Shown here piece after piece: positions 12,996 through 25,349 of a stretch of DNA of 64,000 nt. This stretch comes from Mobula hypostoma (Eukaryota): NCBI RefSeq assembly GCF_963921235.1, contig NC_086097.1:156738001-156802000 (forward strand). Reading direction: 5' to 3'. The first letter of the stretch is position 1, and every line of letters begins with the position of its first letter. The notes under the pieces were generated by a model. That model was not told the DNA's origin, made no database searches, and saw only the letters and a list, made by a program, of their open reading frames with translations. The position numbers and the translations under genes were made by a program.

Positions 12996-14160
12996 TTAAT
13001 TGGTTTATTATAGCCACATGTACTGAGATACAGTAAAAAAGTTTATTCTGGAGGACACCTGGACTGATCATTCCATACTTGAGTGTATCAAGATAGTACG
13101 AATGGAAAAATAATAACAGAAGGCTGAATATAGCAATAAAGTTGCAGAGAAAGTGTAATGCATGTGGACGATAAGTGGCAAGGCACATGAAGTGGTGACT
13201 AAGTGATCAAAAGTTCACCTTTACTGTACAAGAGATCTATTTAAAAGTCTTATTACAGTCTGATACAAGCTGGCCTTAAGCCTTCTGGTGAACGCAGCAG
13301 GCCAGGCAGCATCTCTAGGTGGAGGTGCAGTCGACGTTTCAGGCCGAGACCCTTCAAAGTCCTGACGAAGGCTCTCGGCCTGAAACGTCGACTGTACCTT
13401 CCCCTGAGATGCTGCCTGGCCTGCTGCGTTCACCAACAACTTTGATGTCTGTTGCTTGAATTTCCAGCATCTGCAGAATTCCTGTTGCTTAAGCCTTCTG
13501 GTATGTGTTTGCAATCTTTTGTATCTTCTGCCCGACAGATGGAGGAGGAATGGTAATGACTGTGGTGGGTATGTTCTTTGATTGTATCAAAGTCAATGGA
13601 AAGTCAGGTGTACTTGTGATAGACTGGGCTATGTTCATAATATCTGAACTTTCATACAATTTTAGGCAGAGGCATTGTCATAGCAAGCTGTGATACGTCT
13701 GGATAGGATACTTTCTATGGACATTTGTAAAGATTGGTGAAAATCTTTGGGGACCTGCCAAATTTCCTGTGCCTCCTGAGTACTGGTGTGATTCTTGGCT
13801 ATTTTATCTATATGGTTGGATCAGGACAATTTATTGGCAATACTTACACCTAGGAACTCTAAGTTCTCAACCTCTCTACCTCAGCACCATTAATACAGGC
13901 AAGGATGTGTACACATCCTTGTTTCCTGAAGTCAATCACTAGCTCTTTTATTGACATTAAGAGAGAGGTTGTTGTATTGACAATATGCCACTAGATTTCC
14001 TATCTCTTTTGTAAACACTTTGTCATTGTTTGAGATCCAGCTCACTACAATGCTATCATCTTCACACTTGTTAATAGATTTAGAGCAGAATCTGTCCTTA
14101 CAGCCATGAGTTTAGGGAACAAGTAGACAAGCAAGCAACCTTTTGGAGTTCCACTGCAAG
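12996..14160 (-). mobile_element. Degenerate Rex1/Babar-like LINE 3' part
   Basis: Colinear by eye with the 885-1930 remnant. Confidence 0.6.
13285..13487. mobile_element. Penelope-derived inverted-arm mini-insertion with hammerhead motif (13358-13393, +)
   Basis: Inverted arms; TSD CTTAAGCCTTCTGGT at 13275-13289 and 13488-13502. Confidence 0.88.
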
Positions 14161-15129
14161 TTTACTGTGAGAAATATGGGGATTCTCTGAGGTTTCCTGG
14201 AAGTAGCCAGCACTTTTTCGTAGTCTTCTTTGAATATTTTCTGCAATTTCTTTGAAAGTTCCCTAGTGGTTTCCATGATATTGACTGAAAATTCCCTGTT
14301 TGCCTAAAGGTTCCCGAAAATTCTCTGCAAGCCCATTTGGAGTTTCCTTGGAGTTTTCTTCTGATGTTTACTGGCAAATACTTAGAAGTTCCCAGGGTAT
14401 ACATTGAAAATTGCTGAGAAATTCTCTGAAGGTTCTCAAAAGTTCCCTGAAGGCTTACTAGATGTTCTTTGGGGATCTGCTGGAAATTTCCTGAAAAGTT
14501 CTTTGGAGGCTCTGTGATGGTTTACAGAATTTTTTTTTGAAGGCTCTGTAAATATCCATGAAGGCTTCTGAAAATACACAACAAGGTCTTTATAAGTTCT
14601 TGAGTGGTTAGCCAGGGTTCATTTGAAGGTTCTCTTGACATTCATTGGTAGATACCTGGAGGTTTTCTGGTACTTTCAATATGTTTTCTGAATGACCTTT
14701 TGTGATTTATACAATGTTTTCATGAGGTCTTTGGAAATTTTCCATAGCAATTTTTTAAAAGTACCATAGATGTTCTTTCAAGAAAGTTCCTGGTTAAGGA
14801 TTCTCTGATAAATTTCTTGAGGCTCTCTGACAGCTCTTTGGAAGCTCCATTGAGGTTTCATGGAGATAGATCCTGAACATTTTCTGGAAGTTTTATGGCA
14901 GCAAACCTTTAAATTGAAATTAATATGGACTTTATAAATCTCAAAGTATGACTTTCACAGCAATCAGCTCAGAATTTTCAACAGACTGCAAAACCTTTGG
15001 AAATTTCCATAGTAATCCCAATAAATGACCTTTGAGAGCCCTTTTTAATGGGCAATAAAGAGTGAAACAAATTGTTACTAGTCTGGAGTCACAGATTGAT
15101 GCAATCCCTAAGAAGATGTGCTGGCATGG

Positions 15130-15720
15130 ATATTTTCTTGGAGATTTGAGGAGATTTGGTATGTCTCTAAATATTCTTAAACTTAAACAGACGTAATTTT
15201 GAAAATATTCTGACGGGTTTCATCATGGCCTGGTATGCAATTCCAACTGCAGGACACTGCAGAGTGATGGACACAACACAGTACATCATTGGGTCCATCT
15301 CTCCCCAGCATCACAAGTACCTACAATACATTAAGAAGGCATTATCCCTACCATCCAGTTCTTGCCATTTTCTCATTGCTACAGTCAGGCAGGAGATACA
15401 GAAGCCTGAAGGCCTGCACCACCAGGAAGAGCTACTTTCTTATAGCTGTCAGATTCTTGCACTAACCTGTACAGCCGAACCCTTCTTCAGCAATGGAATA
15501 CTACAGACCACCTATTGCACTACATTGAATGGGTCTCAGATTTTTTACACTGTTATTTTGCACAGTCATTTTTTTATCTCCTCTGTCTTGTATATAATTT
15601 GTATAATTTAACCTACATTCTGTTTTGTCTGATTCTACATTCCAGCCATGCTCCTGCAAGCAAGTTTTTCATTGTACACATACCTCACATGACAATGAAC
15701 TTGACTTGATTTGACTTGAC
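15130..15720 (+). mobile_element. Degenerate Rex1/Babar-like 3' end with (ACTTG)n tail
   Basis: ILTGFIMAWY-like translation; tail at 15699-15720. Confidence 0.6.
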
Positions 15721-15925
15721 CAGCCTGAATAAACCTGCAGATCTCCTCTCCTAAATGACGTTAATGAAACAAAAGAATCCTTATGGCCAGTTGGTATTTG
15801 TGTGATTGCCATCTTCCAAACTACTCCTTGGCTGGAATAGTATTCAAAATTAGGCTTCTTGATTATTTGTACAACTTTCTTCTGTATTGTAGTCCCAGAT
15901 TACCAATATTTCTTCTCGTACTACC

Positions 15926-16599
15926 TTAAATAAAGCGTGTGCGGCCACTTCGGTGGTGATGTCTGTTATCTGTCAAGTAGGGGACCATGCACAATCCTGA
16001 TTTGATGGAGACAGACGTGAGAGTATGGAGGAACATCTGGAGAAACTTCTGAAATGCCCGCTTCACTGTCGCTGCTACTGTGTGGTAATCGGAATCTCCG
16101 GAGCAGAAGGCCCCGAAATCCTTGGCTTTGCGTGTTTCAGCGGCCGGGGCGAGGTCGAAGGTGCTCGGTAGAGGATGGCGCTCAGGAGGCTGTATCGGAG
16201 AGGCTGGTCGGAAGCTCAAAGTTTTCGGACGGATGGACTCTGTGTTGGCTGTGGTCGGTTGTTTCCAAGGCATCGGCAAGTTGACGGTACCTGGAGGTTT
16301 ATGGCAGGGAGTTTCTCCCTTTTGCCGCCTGCTATTGGGGACTCGGAAGTCGATCGACTCGGGGACTTTTGAGACTTTATTTACTGTGCCCATGGTTTGT
16401 TCTTCATCAAATGATGGTATTGCTTTGCACTGCTCTAACTATATGTTATAATTATGTGGTTCTGTCAGTGTTAGTCTTTGGTTTGTCCTGTTTTCTGTGA
16501 TATCGCTCTGGAGAAACATTGTAGCATTTCTTAATGCATGTATGCATTTCTAAATGACAATAAAAGAGGACTGAGTGTTCTCATAATCTCAAAAAAAAA
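15926..16599 (+). mobile_element. CpG-rich retroposed segment, probably a LINE 3'UTR or non-autonomous element; family unassigned
   Basis: Abrupt GC/CpG rise; ends in ATGACAATAAAA...CATAATCTC-A9, resembling the ATGACAATAAAA before the tail at 26682. Confidence 0.5.
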
Positions 16600-17029
16600 T
16601 CTTCCTATTGAGTTATGTCTGATACTCAACAACAGGTTCAAAAATTTAAAAAATATCAAGCCATTGTACAAATTTGGTATTCATGCCATTTCACTGAGTA
16701 TTTCTAAATGAAGTCTATACATTGCCTATATGGATTTTTTATTTGTTGTCCATAGAAAATGACCTATTTTTTCACATCTACATTTAATTATACAGTTCTG
16801 TGTTACTTTTGCATTTTCTTTTTAATTGGCTTCTTCAAGTTTTCTCGTCATTGCATCATTGATGGCTCATGTCATCATGTCAGAGGACAGTAGTGTTCCA
16901 ACTGCATGTCAGAGACATGAAATCAAAAATATTGGTGTACATGCTCATGAAGTATGAAGCAAATATAACATTGTTATTTGGTTCACTTAAGATCAAGTCC
17001 ATGGCCACTTTCTTGGGTAGACTAAAAGA

Positions 17030-18035
17030 TCTGCACTCAGCCCATCTTCCTGCCGCCTTAACAGTGATAGAGTTCCTCTTGTCCTTACCTACCACCCCAT
17101 GAGCTTCCATATCTAACACATCATTCTCCTCAACTTCCACTATCTTCATGGGATCCTGCCACCAAACACCATCTTCATCAATCCCTCTGCTCCATCACCC
17201 TCTGCTTTCCTTATGGAACGCTCCCTCTGTCATTCGCTTGTCTATTCATCCTTCCCCAGTAATCTCCCTGCTGGCACATATCCCTACAAGTGATAGAAAT
17301 GCTGCAACTTCCTTCTCCATCCCCTCCATTCAGGGCCCTCAATACTTCATATCTGAATATGTTGGGATCGTCTATTATATCCAGTGCTCCCAGTGCAGCC
17401 TCCTCTACACTGGTGAGACGCGTCATAATTTAGGAGACTGCTTTGTCAAGAATCTCCAGTTCATCCACCAGAGTGGAATTTTCACAGGGGGCAGCCATTT
17501 TAATTCCTCTCCCCATTCCTATTCTGACATGTCAGTCCATGGCCTCCGCTTTTTGCCATGATGAGGCCACTCTCAGGACAGAGCAGCAACTTCTTATATT
17601 CTGTCTAGGTAGCCTCCCACTTGACGGCATGAACATCAATTACTCCTTCTGTGTTTTTTTCCCTCATTTTTTTCTTTCTCAGATTTTTTGGTTTGATTTT
17701 CCTTTCCCCTTCCCTCTTCTTCTATTCCAAATTCTAGCCTCTTACATCTTCTCCTCACTTGCCGATCACCTCTCCTGATGCCCTTCCTCCCTTTTCTTCC
17801 TTGGTTTACTTTCCTCTCCTATCATATTCCTTCTTTTCCAACCCTTTACCTTTCCCACCCACCTGGTTTCACCTATCACCTTCTAGCTGGCTATCCTTCC
17901 CCTCGCCCTGCATTTTTGTTACAGTGTTTTCCCCTTTCCTTTCCAGTCCTGATGAAAGATTGTGGCCCAAAACGTTTATTCATTTCCATAGATGTTGTCT
18001 GACATGGTGAATTCCTCAGCATTTTGTGTGTGCTG
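17030..18035 (+). mobile_element. Degenerate Penelope-like element 3' part (GIY-YIG, pyrimidine tract, 3' repeat with decayed hammerhead)
   Basis: DRVPLVLTYHP at 17066; IVYYIQCSQCSLLYTGETRHNLGDCF; CAGTCCTGATGA...CCCAAAACGTT at 17944-17976; 3' end homologous to the arms of the mini-insertions. Confidence 0.85.
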
Positions 18036-18857
18036 TTCTGAAAGATCCTATGATGTTATTTTGAAGAGAAACAGAAGAATTATCTTCAGCCCTCTGACCA
18101 AAAATATTTATTCCTTAATTAACACCAGTAAAACAGATCATTTATCCATCTCATTTCATTGTTGATTAGTATTTTAGGAGAATATATTTCCCTGCAATTC
18201 ACCCACTCACTGTTTTAAATATTTCCATTGCTCTTTTATCATTTATTGTCAAAATTTTCTTTTCTTTTTCTGCTTCTACTCCAATGCCCTGAAAATTAGT
18301 TCTTTGCATGTTGGTTGTTTGTCGCTTTTTATTTTTGAGTAGTTTTTTATTGATTCTACTGTGAATGCCTGCATGAAAATGCATCTTAAGGTCATATATG
18401 GTGACATCTGTGGTATGTACTTGGATAATAAATTTACTTTGAACCTTTGACGTTGACTTGCATTTGTCTTTCCCTGTCATTTTCAGTGTACTAGGCGGTC
18501 TGATTTGTTCACCTTTATGTGCTCTCTTTCATGTCCCATTTATCCAGCAGTTATACTATTTTATACAGTATGTGCTGGATAATAAAGTATCAGTAATGAT
18601 TTAATGCACAGTATAATATTCATTCCCAGATCATATTCCCTATCAGTTGTAGTTACCATGGAAGGTAGTTGATAACTGTTATCTATTATTTGAAAATCTG
18701 TACTCATTACATAGATTTGTCTTCATCTTTTTCTTCCATGTATTTTCCACAATTAAGTAGTATGCAAAATGCCGTGTTGAAATCATTGATTCTTTTTGAC
18801 CCCTTCCCCTTATACATGCTTTTTAATATTTTGATCATAAAGGTACAATAACAACAC

Positions 18858-19200
18858 AACTCCGGGGATCGTCACCTTGTTGTGATGGAGAGCTTGTGAA
18901 CTCCTGAGGTCTCAAGAGCAATTCCATTTGGAGTTTGACCTTCCGGTTCCTAGCTCCTGGTAGCATCGCCCATGGTGGTAAGGTCGATGTTCCAGACAAT
19001 GAGTGATCCAACCACAACCTCAGCTGTGGAGCTGGCAGAAGATGGTGACACATAAAAACAGCATTGAAGGTGGAGGAAGGCTGTGGCAGTGAAGGGTCCA
19101 CAGTTATCCTGCATTTCACGCCTTGGGACTCTGACCCTCATCTGTCAAGGACAATGTGTTGGCTGCCCATGCACAGGTGTTTTTTCATTAAGGGAATCCA
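18858..19200 (+). mobile_element. RTE-clade (Expander/Rex3-like) 5'UTR remnant
   Basis: GTCACCTTGTTGTGATGGAGAGCTTGTG and CCTGGTAGCATCGCCCATGG resemble RTE 5' ends as I recall them; no coding support. Confidence 0.4.
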
Positions 19201-20109
19201 CCCTAACATCCCTGATATGTGGATCCTGTATCAGATTCTACAGCCAGATTGAGAACCCACCAATAGACAACCCCTTAGGAGAACATTATACTTGACTCGC
19301 CTGAACGCATTCTACTATAATAACAATCAAATTTAAGAAAGCAAAATGTGAAACACTTTTTCTTCCCTTTCAGCTATCAACAAACATAATAGCTTATTTT
19401 TATTCTTTGTAGTTTCAGAATCCAGATATTGACTTAAGAGGTGTCAGACTGCTTCTAACGGGTATGAAATCTACAAAATGTTAGTGTCTTGAATGCTTTG
19501 ATGGATTTTTAAGGTAGTAAAATCTACAGGGAGGTGAAGAGTGTCAGATCATAAGGTGCAACTAGAGGCACGTCATCAAAAAGCTCTTTATATTTCAGAG
19601 CAAAAAAATAGAAGTCAATGAAAACTTTGATATAGTGCCAATGCAATGCTTGGAAAAAAGACAGTACTGTTTGTGCACATTTTTATGCCAAGTAAATGAA
19701 ACGGGGTGGGGATTATCAACAATAGTTGAATGGGCTTCAGCAGAATAGTGGATAAGTTACTGAACTAAAATCGATAGGCCTGGACTGTTGATAATATATT
19801 TATTGTGATAGGTATGGAATTCAAAACCATGTAATTAAGTAAATCTGCAATTTAAAAAAAATCTGTTATCAATAATGGTGGTCATGAGACTATTGAATTC
19901 CTATCAAAAACTTACCTGTATCACCAATGCCCCTTTCAAGAAGGAACTATGTAGTGCTTACCTAATCTGATTTATATGTGATTAGGCAGTGATGTAGTCG
20001 GCTCTTAAATGGCCTAGCAAACCACTATTCTAAAGGCACATAGGCATATGAAACAAATGCTGACCTTTGTAGCTACAGCCTCAGCTCCTTACAAATTCTA
20101 TAAGTGTCT

Positions 20110-20645
20110 TAGATGAAGGCAGCAGAGGTATAATTGACAAAATTGCTGATAAAGCAAAAGTGGGCGGAAGAGTAAATTGTGAAGGCTATGTTAGACAGCA
20201 ACAAAATAGAGCTGGGCTAAGTAAGTGAGCTAAGACATTGGAAATGGAGTATAATGTTTGAAACTGTGGAGTTGTTCTCTTTGGCAGGATAGAAATGATA
20301 AAATATTATCTAAACGGTATGAGATTAAAAGCTCTGAGATGTAGAGGGATCTAAGTTCATACTCCTGTATGAATCACAAAAAGATCATATGCAGAATCAG
20401 CAAGTAATTGGAAAGAGTTAACAGAAATTTATTGTTTATGGTCAGGGAATAGAATATAAATCTAGAGAGATCATGTTTTCATTAAATCTATGGGTTACCT
20501 TTTTTTTAAAAAAGGAGTTAACATTTAAAATAGAGGTAAGGCAATTTTTTTTAGAGTAATGAGTATTTAGTACTTCCTGCTTCAAAGGATGATGGAAGTA
20601 GAGTTTTTGACAGATGTTTGAAGTGTAAGGGATGAAATAGTTAAC
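20110..20645 (+). mobile_element. Old CR1 fragment
   Basis: Decayed KFADD...MEYNV.KCEV.HFG region and CR1-type 3' sequence. Confidence 0.55.
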
Positions 20646-20659
20646 GTAGAGAAATGAGA

Positions 20660-20780
20660 CGCGAGACTGCAATGCTGGAAATCAGGAGTAACACACAAAA
20701 ACGCTGGAGGAATTTGACAGATCAGGCAGCATCTGTTGAGTGAAGTGAACAGTCGATGATTTAGGCTGAGAATCTTCATT
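20660..20780 (-). mobile_element. Old single-arm Penelope 3'-end insertion
   Basis: GCTGGAAATC...ACACAAAAACGCTGGAGGAA...CAGGCAGCATCT...CAGTCGATG, homologous to the younger arms. Confidence 0.65.
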
Positions 20781-21439
20781 GTGTTTACAGTCTTACAATA
20801 ACTATTATAAATATTAGAACTTTATAAATAGATTTGTGCCAAGCACTCAGTGAAGAGTGCACTCAGATTCAATTTCAAGTTGTTGATGCTGAAGGTTGAA
20901 GCCCATAGGTCGATCAGAGGGGAAAGCCCAATAGCTGAAATCTGGAGACTGGAGGCCAGGAAGCCTAACCTGGAGTTGGAAGACCGTCTATGTGTGCGGG
21001 TGGGTGGGAAGGAGGAAAGGGGCTTGTTTTACTGTTATTGTTTTGTTGCTTGTTGTTTTCTGCTTTATTGTGTTTTGTATTGTTCTGCCAAGCATTGTGG
21101 GCATGTTATGTAGGCACTGGAAGTGCAGCAGCATTTGTGGATGTCAGATGATATGTTTTGAAATCCTCCCAGACCTGATGTACACATCAGTATTTGTAGA
21201 ACAATGAATAAACATAAATCGACAAGGACACATTCTTTTTCCTTTAAAAATCATAATGTTCATAATTTATAAATCAATAACAATCACTGCTCAAAATTAT
21301 TATGGCACACAAGAAAAAAAAATGAAGTTTATCTCTAATTTGGGCTCATTCTCAATAAAGGTTCACCACCCCTGGAATGAGTAAGTTAAGCTTTTTATTT
21401 CTATGAATATTGCCTGACTTGTTTATTTTTATCCATCTC

Positions 21440-21750
21440 TACAATAGACTGCTTGCATTTCTTCCAGTATATTGCATGCAATGTGGGATATGGGGCCTCC
21501 TCGGCACTAGATGAACCAAACATAGATTAGGAGCTCATTTTCTGAAGCACCTGCACTGAATCTGGAGGATTAGCCCTGAACGTCCAATTGCGACCGTTTT
21601 CATTCAGCATCTGGTTCCCACTCTGACCCCTTTGTTGGTGACCTCTAGCACTGATACAATGAGTCCCAGTGTTAGTTTAGGAAACAACCCCTCTGGTATT
21701 TGGGCAGGTTGAAACCTGAAGGACTCAATAATGAATTCTCCAACTTCTGA
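21440..21750 (+). mobile_element. Old Penelope GIY-YIG fragment
   Basis: YCMQC..GLL...TKHRLGAHFLKHL and GLNNEFSNF-like end, colinear with 17360-17650. Confidence 0.55.
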
Positions 21751-22631
21751 TGATTTGCTTTTTTTCTTTCTGAATGTATTAGGGTTGCTAAACTGCATTA
21801 AGAACAACCCTTCCCTTGATTAATCATAAGTTTGCTTAGGTGGTTTTCAGCCCCTGAGCTGGGCTAAATCTTCAAATGGTCAGAGCCATTAAGAGTGATA
21901 CGACACCACTATTCTTGCGGAATTTGGAATAAATCAGTATGTTGAGCAGAATTGGTGGGCTGAGAATAATGTTGATGCTTCAGAGTGCACCCTGCTTTAA
22001 GCCTCCTCTTTTTATTCCGTTTTACAAGAATTGTTACAAACTCTTCAACTCCGGTGATCTCTTGGCTGTTATGCAAAAAGTATGCAGCTGTTTCCAATTA
22101 CATGTAAATACTCAAAATGTGATGCCTACTAATGCAGCCAGGGCCCCAGCTGTACAAAGCCATCACACAAACACAGGAGCCTAACCATTTAAACAGTTGG
22201 CCTTTCTTTATACCCAGTGTAGATGGTGGGTTCCAATCTCAATGCAAATATACCTCAGTCAATAGGGAATTGTAATCACTGTGATGTGCATATTTTAGGC
22301 ATTATCCAGTGAATATTATGAGGTAGATTTAAATGGGAAGATGAGGAATATTAAGCCAAATGATTTTATTTGTGCAAAGTTCCACAAAGACTGGAAGGTA
22401 TTGTGCCCATTTCATTATTTAGTGATAAACTCATAAATCAGTGGTTACAAATAATATTGTACCAAAAGAAAACACTTACAATAATTCCAAGAAGAATATC
22501 AACATAAGGAATCAAAAAGTAGCAGCAAAAAATGTTCTCTCTCTGGATTTTAATAGGTGCTCTGCAGTTCATTGAGATCATGAATGATCTTGCATTCAGA
22601 TCCATTTTCCTTCACTGTCTTCATATTCCTT

Positions 22632-24500
22632 GAATCAGAATCAGGTTTAATATCACCAGAGAAAAACACACTAAATGCTGGAGGAACTCAGCAGGCTATG
22701 AAGCATCTATGGAAAAGAGTACAGTCAACGTTTCAGGCTGAGAGAGTCTTGCCAAAGGGTCTCAGTCTGAAACGTCGACTGTTTGCTCTTTTCCATAGAT
22801 GCTGCCTGGCCTGCTGAGTTCCTCCAGCATTTTGTGTGTGTGTTGCTTGGATTTCTGGCATCTGCAGATTTTCTCTTATTTTTAATATCACCGGCATATG
22901 TCATGAAATTTGCTAATTTAGTGCAGCAGTACAATGAAATACATGATAATATAGAAAAATAAATAAGTAAATTACAATAAGTGCATATGTATATTAAAGA
23001 GTTAAGATAAAAATAGTAGTGCAAAAACAGAAATAAATTTTAAAAAGTGAAGTATTGTCCATTGTGCCACTGTCCATTTAGAAATCAGATGGCAGAAGGG
23101 AAGAAGCTGTTTCTGAATCACTGAGTGTGTGCCATCAGGCTTCTGTACCACCTACCCGATGGGAACAATGAGCGTCCTTAATAATGGATGCTGCCTTTCT
23201 GAGGCACCGCTTAGCTTTTTTCGATTTTGTGCAGTAGCAACCCCCCCCATACCAAACAGTGATGCAGCCTGAATGAATGCTCTCTGTAGTTTTCAAGTGT
23301 TTTAAGTATCAAAACTAAATCTCCTCAAACTTCTGATGAAATATAGCTGCTGTCTTGCCTTATTTATAGCTGCATTGATATGTTGGGACCAGGTTAGGTC
23401 CTCAGAGATATTGTCGCCAAGGAACTTGAAATTGCTCACTCTCTCCATTTCTAATCCCTTTATGAGTATAGGTTTGTGATTCCTCATTTGACCCTTCCTA
23501 AAGTCCACAATCAGCTCTTTGGTCTTACTGAAGCTGAGTGCAAGGTTGTTGCCACAACACTACACAACTAGCTGGTATATCGCACTCCTGTACACCCTCC
23601 CTGCTCCATCTGAAATTCTACCAACAATGGTTGTATCATCTGCAAATTTATAGATGACATTTGAGCTATACCTAGCCACACCGTCATGGGTAAAGGGAGA
23701 GTAGAGCAGTGGGCTAAGCACACACCCCTGAGGTGCACCAGTGTTGGTCATCAGCAAGGAGGAGATGCTATTACCAATTCACACAGATTGTGGTCTTCCG
23801 GTTAGGAAGTCAAAGATCCATTTGTAGGGGGAGGTACAGAGTCCCCGGTTCTGTGGCTTTTTAATCAGGACTGTAGGAATGATGGTGTTACGTACTGAGC
23901 TATAGTTAATGGACAGGTTCCTGACATAAGTGTCTGTATTGTCCAGGCAATCTAAAGCCCTGTGAAGAGTCATTGAGATTGTATCTGCCATAGACCTAGT
24001 TGCTGTCTTTGTTGCTATGAGGCAGGAATTGATTCTAGCCATAACCAGTCTCTCAAAGCATTTCATCACCATAGATGTGAGTGTAACTAGACGGTAGTCA
24101 TTAAGGCAGCTCACACTACTACTCCTATTAGAAATTGATATAATTGTTGCCCTTTTGAAGCAGGTGAGAATTTTTGATCTTAGCAGTGAAAGATTGAAAA
24201 TGTCTTTGAATACACGCACCAATTGGTTTGAACAAGGTTTCAGAGCCTTACCAGGTACTCCACCAGGGCCTGCCGCCTTGCAAGGGTTCAATCTCCTGAA
24301 AGAAAGCGTAACATCAGCTTCTGAGACAGAGGTCAAAGGGTCACTGGGTGCAGAAGGGAACCTCAGAGCTGTAGTTGTATTCTCCTTTTCAAATCAAGTA
24401 CACAGTAAAAGGCTTTGAACTCATCTGGTAGTGAAGCACCACTGCCATTCATGGTGTTGGGTTTTGCTTTATAGAAAGTAATGTCCTTCATACCCAGACA
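22632..24500 (-). mobile_element. Rex1/Babar-like LINE RT fragment with (CTGATT)n tail
   Basis: KAAGPGG, LNDYRLVTLTSMVMKCFERLV, TGAPQGCVLSPLLY, KFADDTTIVG; frameshifted. Confidence 0.85.
22658..22880. mobile_element. Penelope-derived inverted-arm mini-insertion (GGAGGAACTCAGC subfamily)
   Basis: TSD TTTAATATCACC at 22646-22657 and 22881-22892. Confidence 0.85.
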
Positions 24501-25119
24501 TATATTAATCTCTCTTTTTGAACTAAGTAAATGACTGAGCCTCCACAGACTCAAGGATAAAAGTTTTCCAAACATTCACTACCTGAAATGTGCGAACAAT
24601 TCTCCTCGTCTCCTGGTAAGACATTGTTTCTGAATACCCATAATCATGAAACTATGGTCCATGGTTCTAGACTCTTCAGTCAGAGGAAGCAACATCCCTG
24701 CACCTACTCTGTTCAGACCTGTCAGAATTTTATAGCTGTCAATGAGGTTGATACAATAACAAATTATTAAGGTTCATGATACGCTGGCCTTTATTGTAAC
24801 AAGATATGAGTACAATGGATAAAATCCCATTCCCAAATCAAATGGATCCAGAGAATGTATACAGTATACAACCTGAAATTCTTACTCTTTGCAGACACCC
24901 ATGAAAAACAGAACCCAAACACAATGAATGATAGAAAAATGTTAGAACCCCAAAACCGCCTCTCCCCCTTCCCACAAGCAAGCATCAACGCATTGAACTC
25001 CCCTCCCCACATTTGTTTCAGCAAATTGCGTCAGTGGCCACACCCACCAAGCAATAGCAAAGCATCCAAAGAGCAACCATGATCTGTAGTCAACAAAAAC
25101 TATTGTTTACCCAACTGTA

Positions 25120-25333
25120 AGCACGAGGAATTCTGCAGATGCTGGAAATTCAAGTAACACACATCAAAGTTGCTGGTGAATGCAGCAGGCCAGGCAGCAT
25201 CTCTAGGAAGAGGTACAGTCGATGTTTCGGGCCGAGACCCTGACGAAGGGTCTCAGCCTGAAACGTTGACTGTACCATTTCCTAGAGATGCTGCCTGGCC
25301 TGCTGCATTCACCAGCAACTTTGATGTGTGTTG
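25120..25333. mobile_element. Penelope-derived inverted-arm mini-insertion
   Basis: TSD TTGTTTACCCAACTGTA at 25103-25119 and 25331-25347. Confidence 0.9.
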
Positions 25334-25349
25334 TTTACCCAACTGTATT

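Larger units (their letters stand above)
12860..14895. repeat. Degenerate ~11-bp tandem array in two blocks (12860-12995, 14161-14895) separated by a LINE remnant
   Basis: Consecutive units such as TTCCCTGAAGG CTTACTAGATG TTCTTTGGGGA TCTGCTGGAAA TTTCCTGAAAA. Confidence 0.55.

Noticed and set aside
21909..22184. Overlapping short ORFs in unique sequence as a host exon
   Set aside because: No recognisable protein and no convincing splice pair with an open frame
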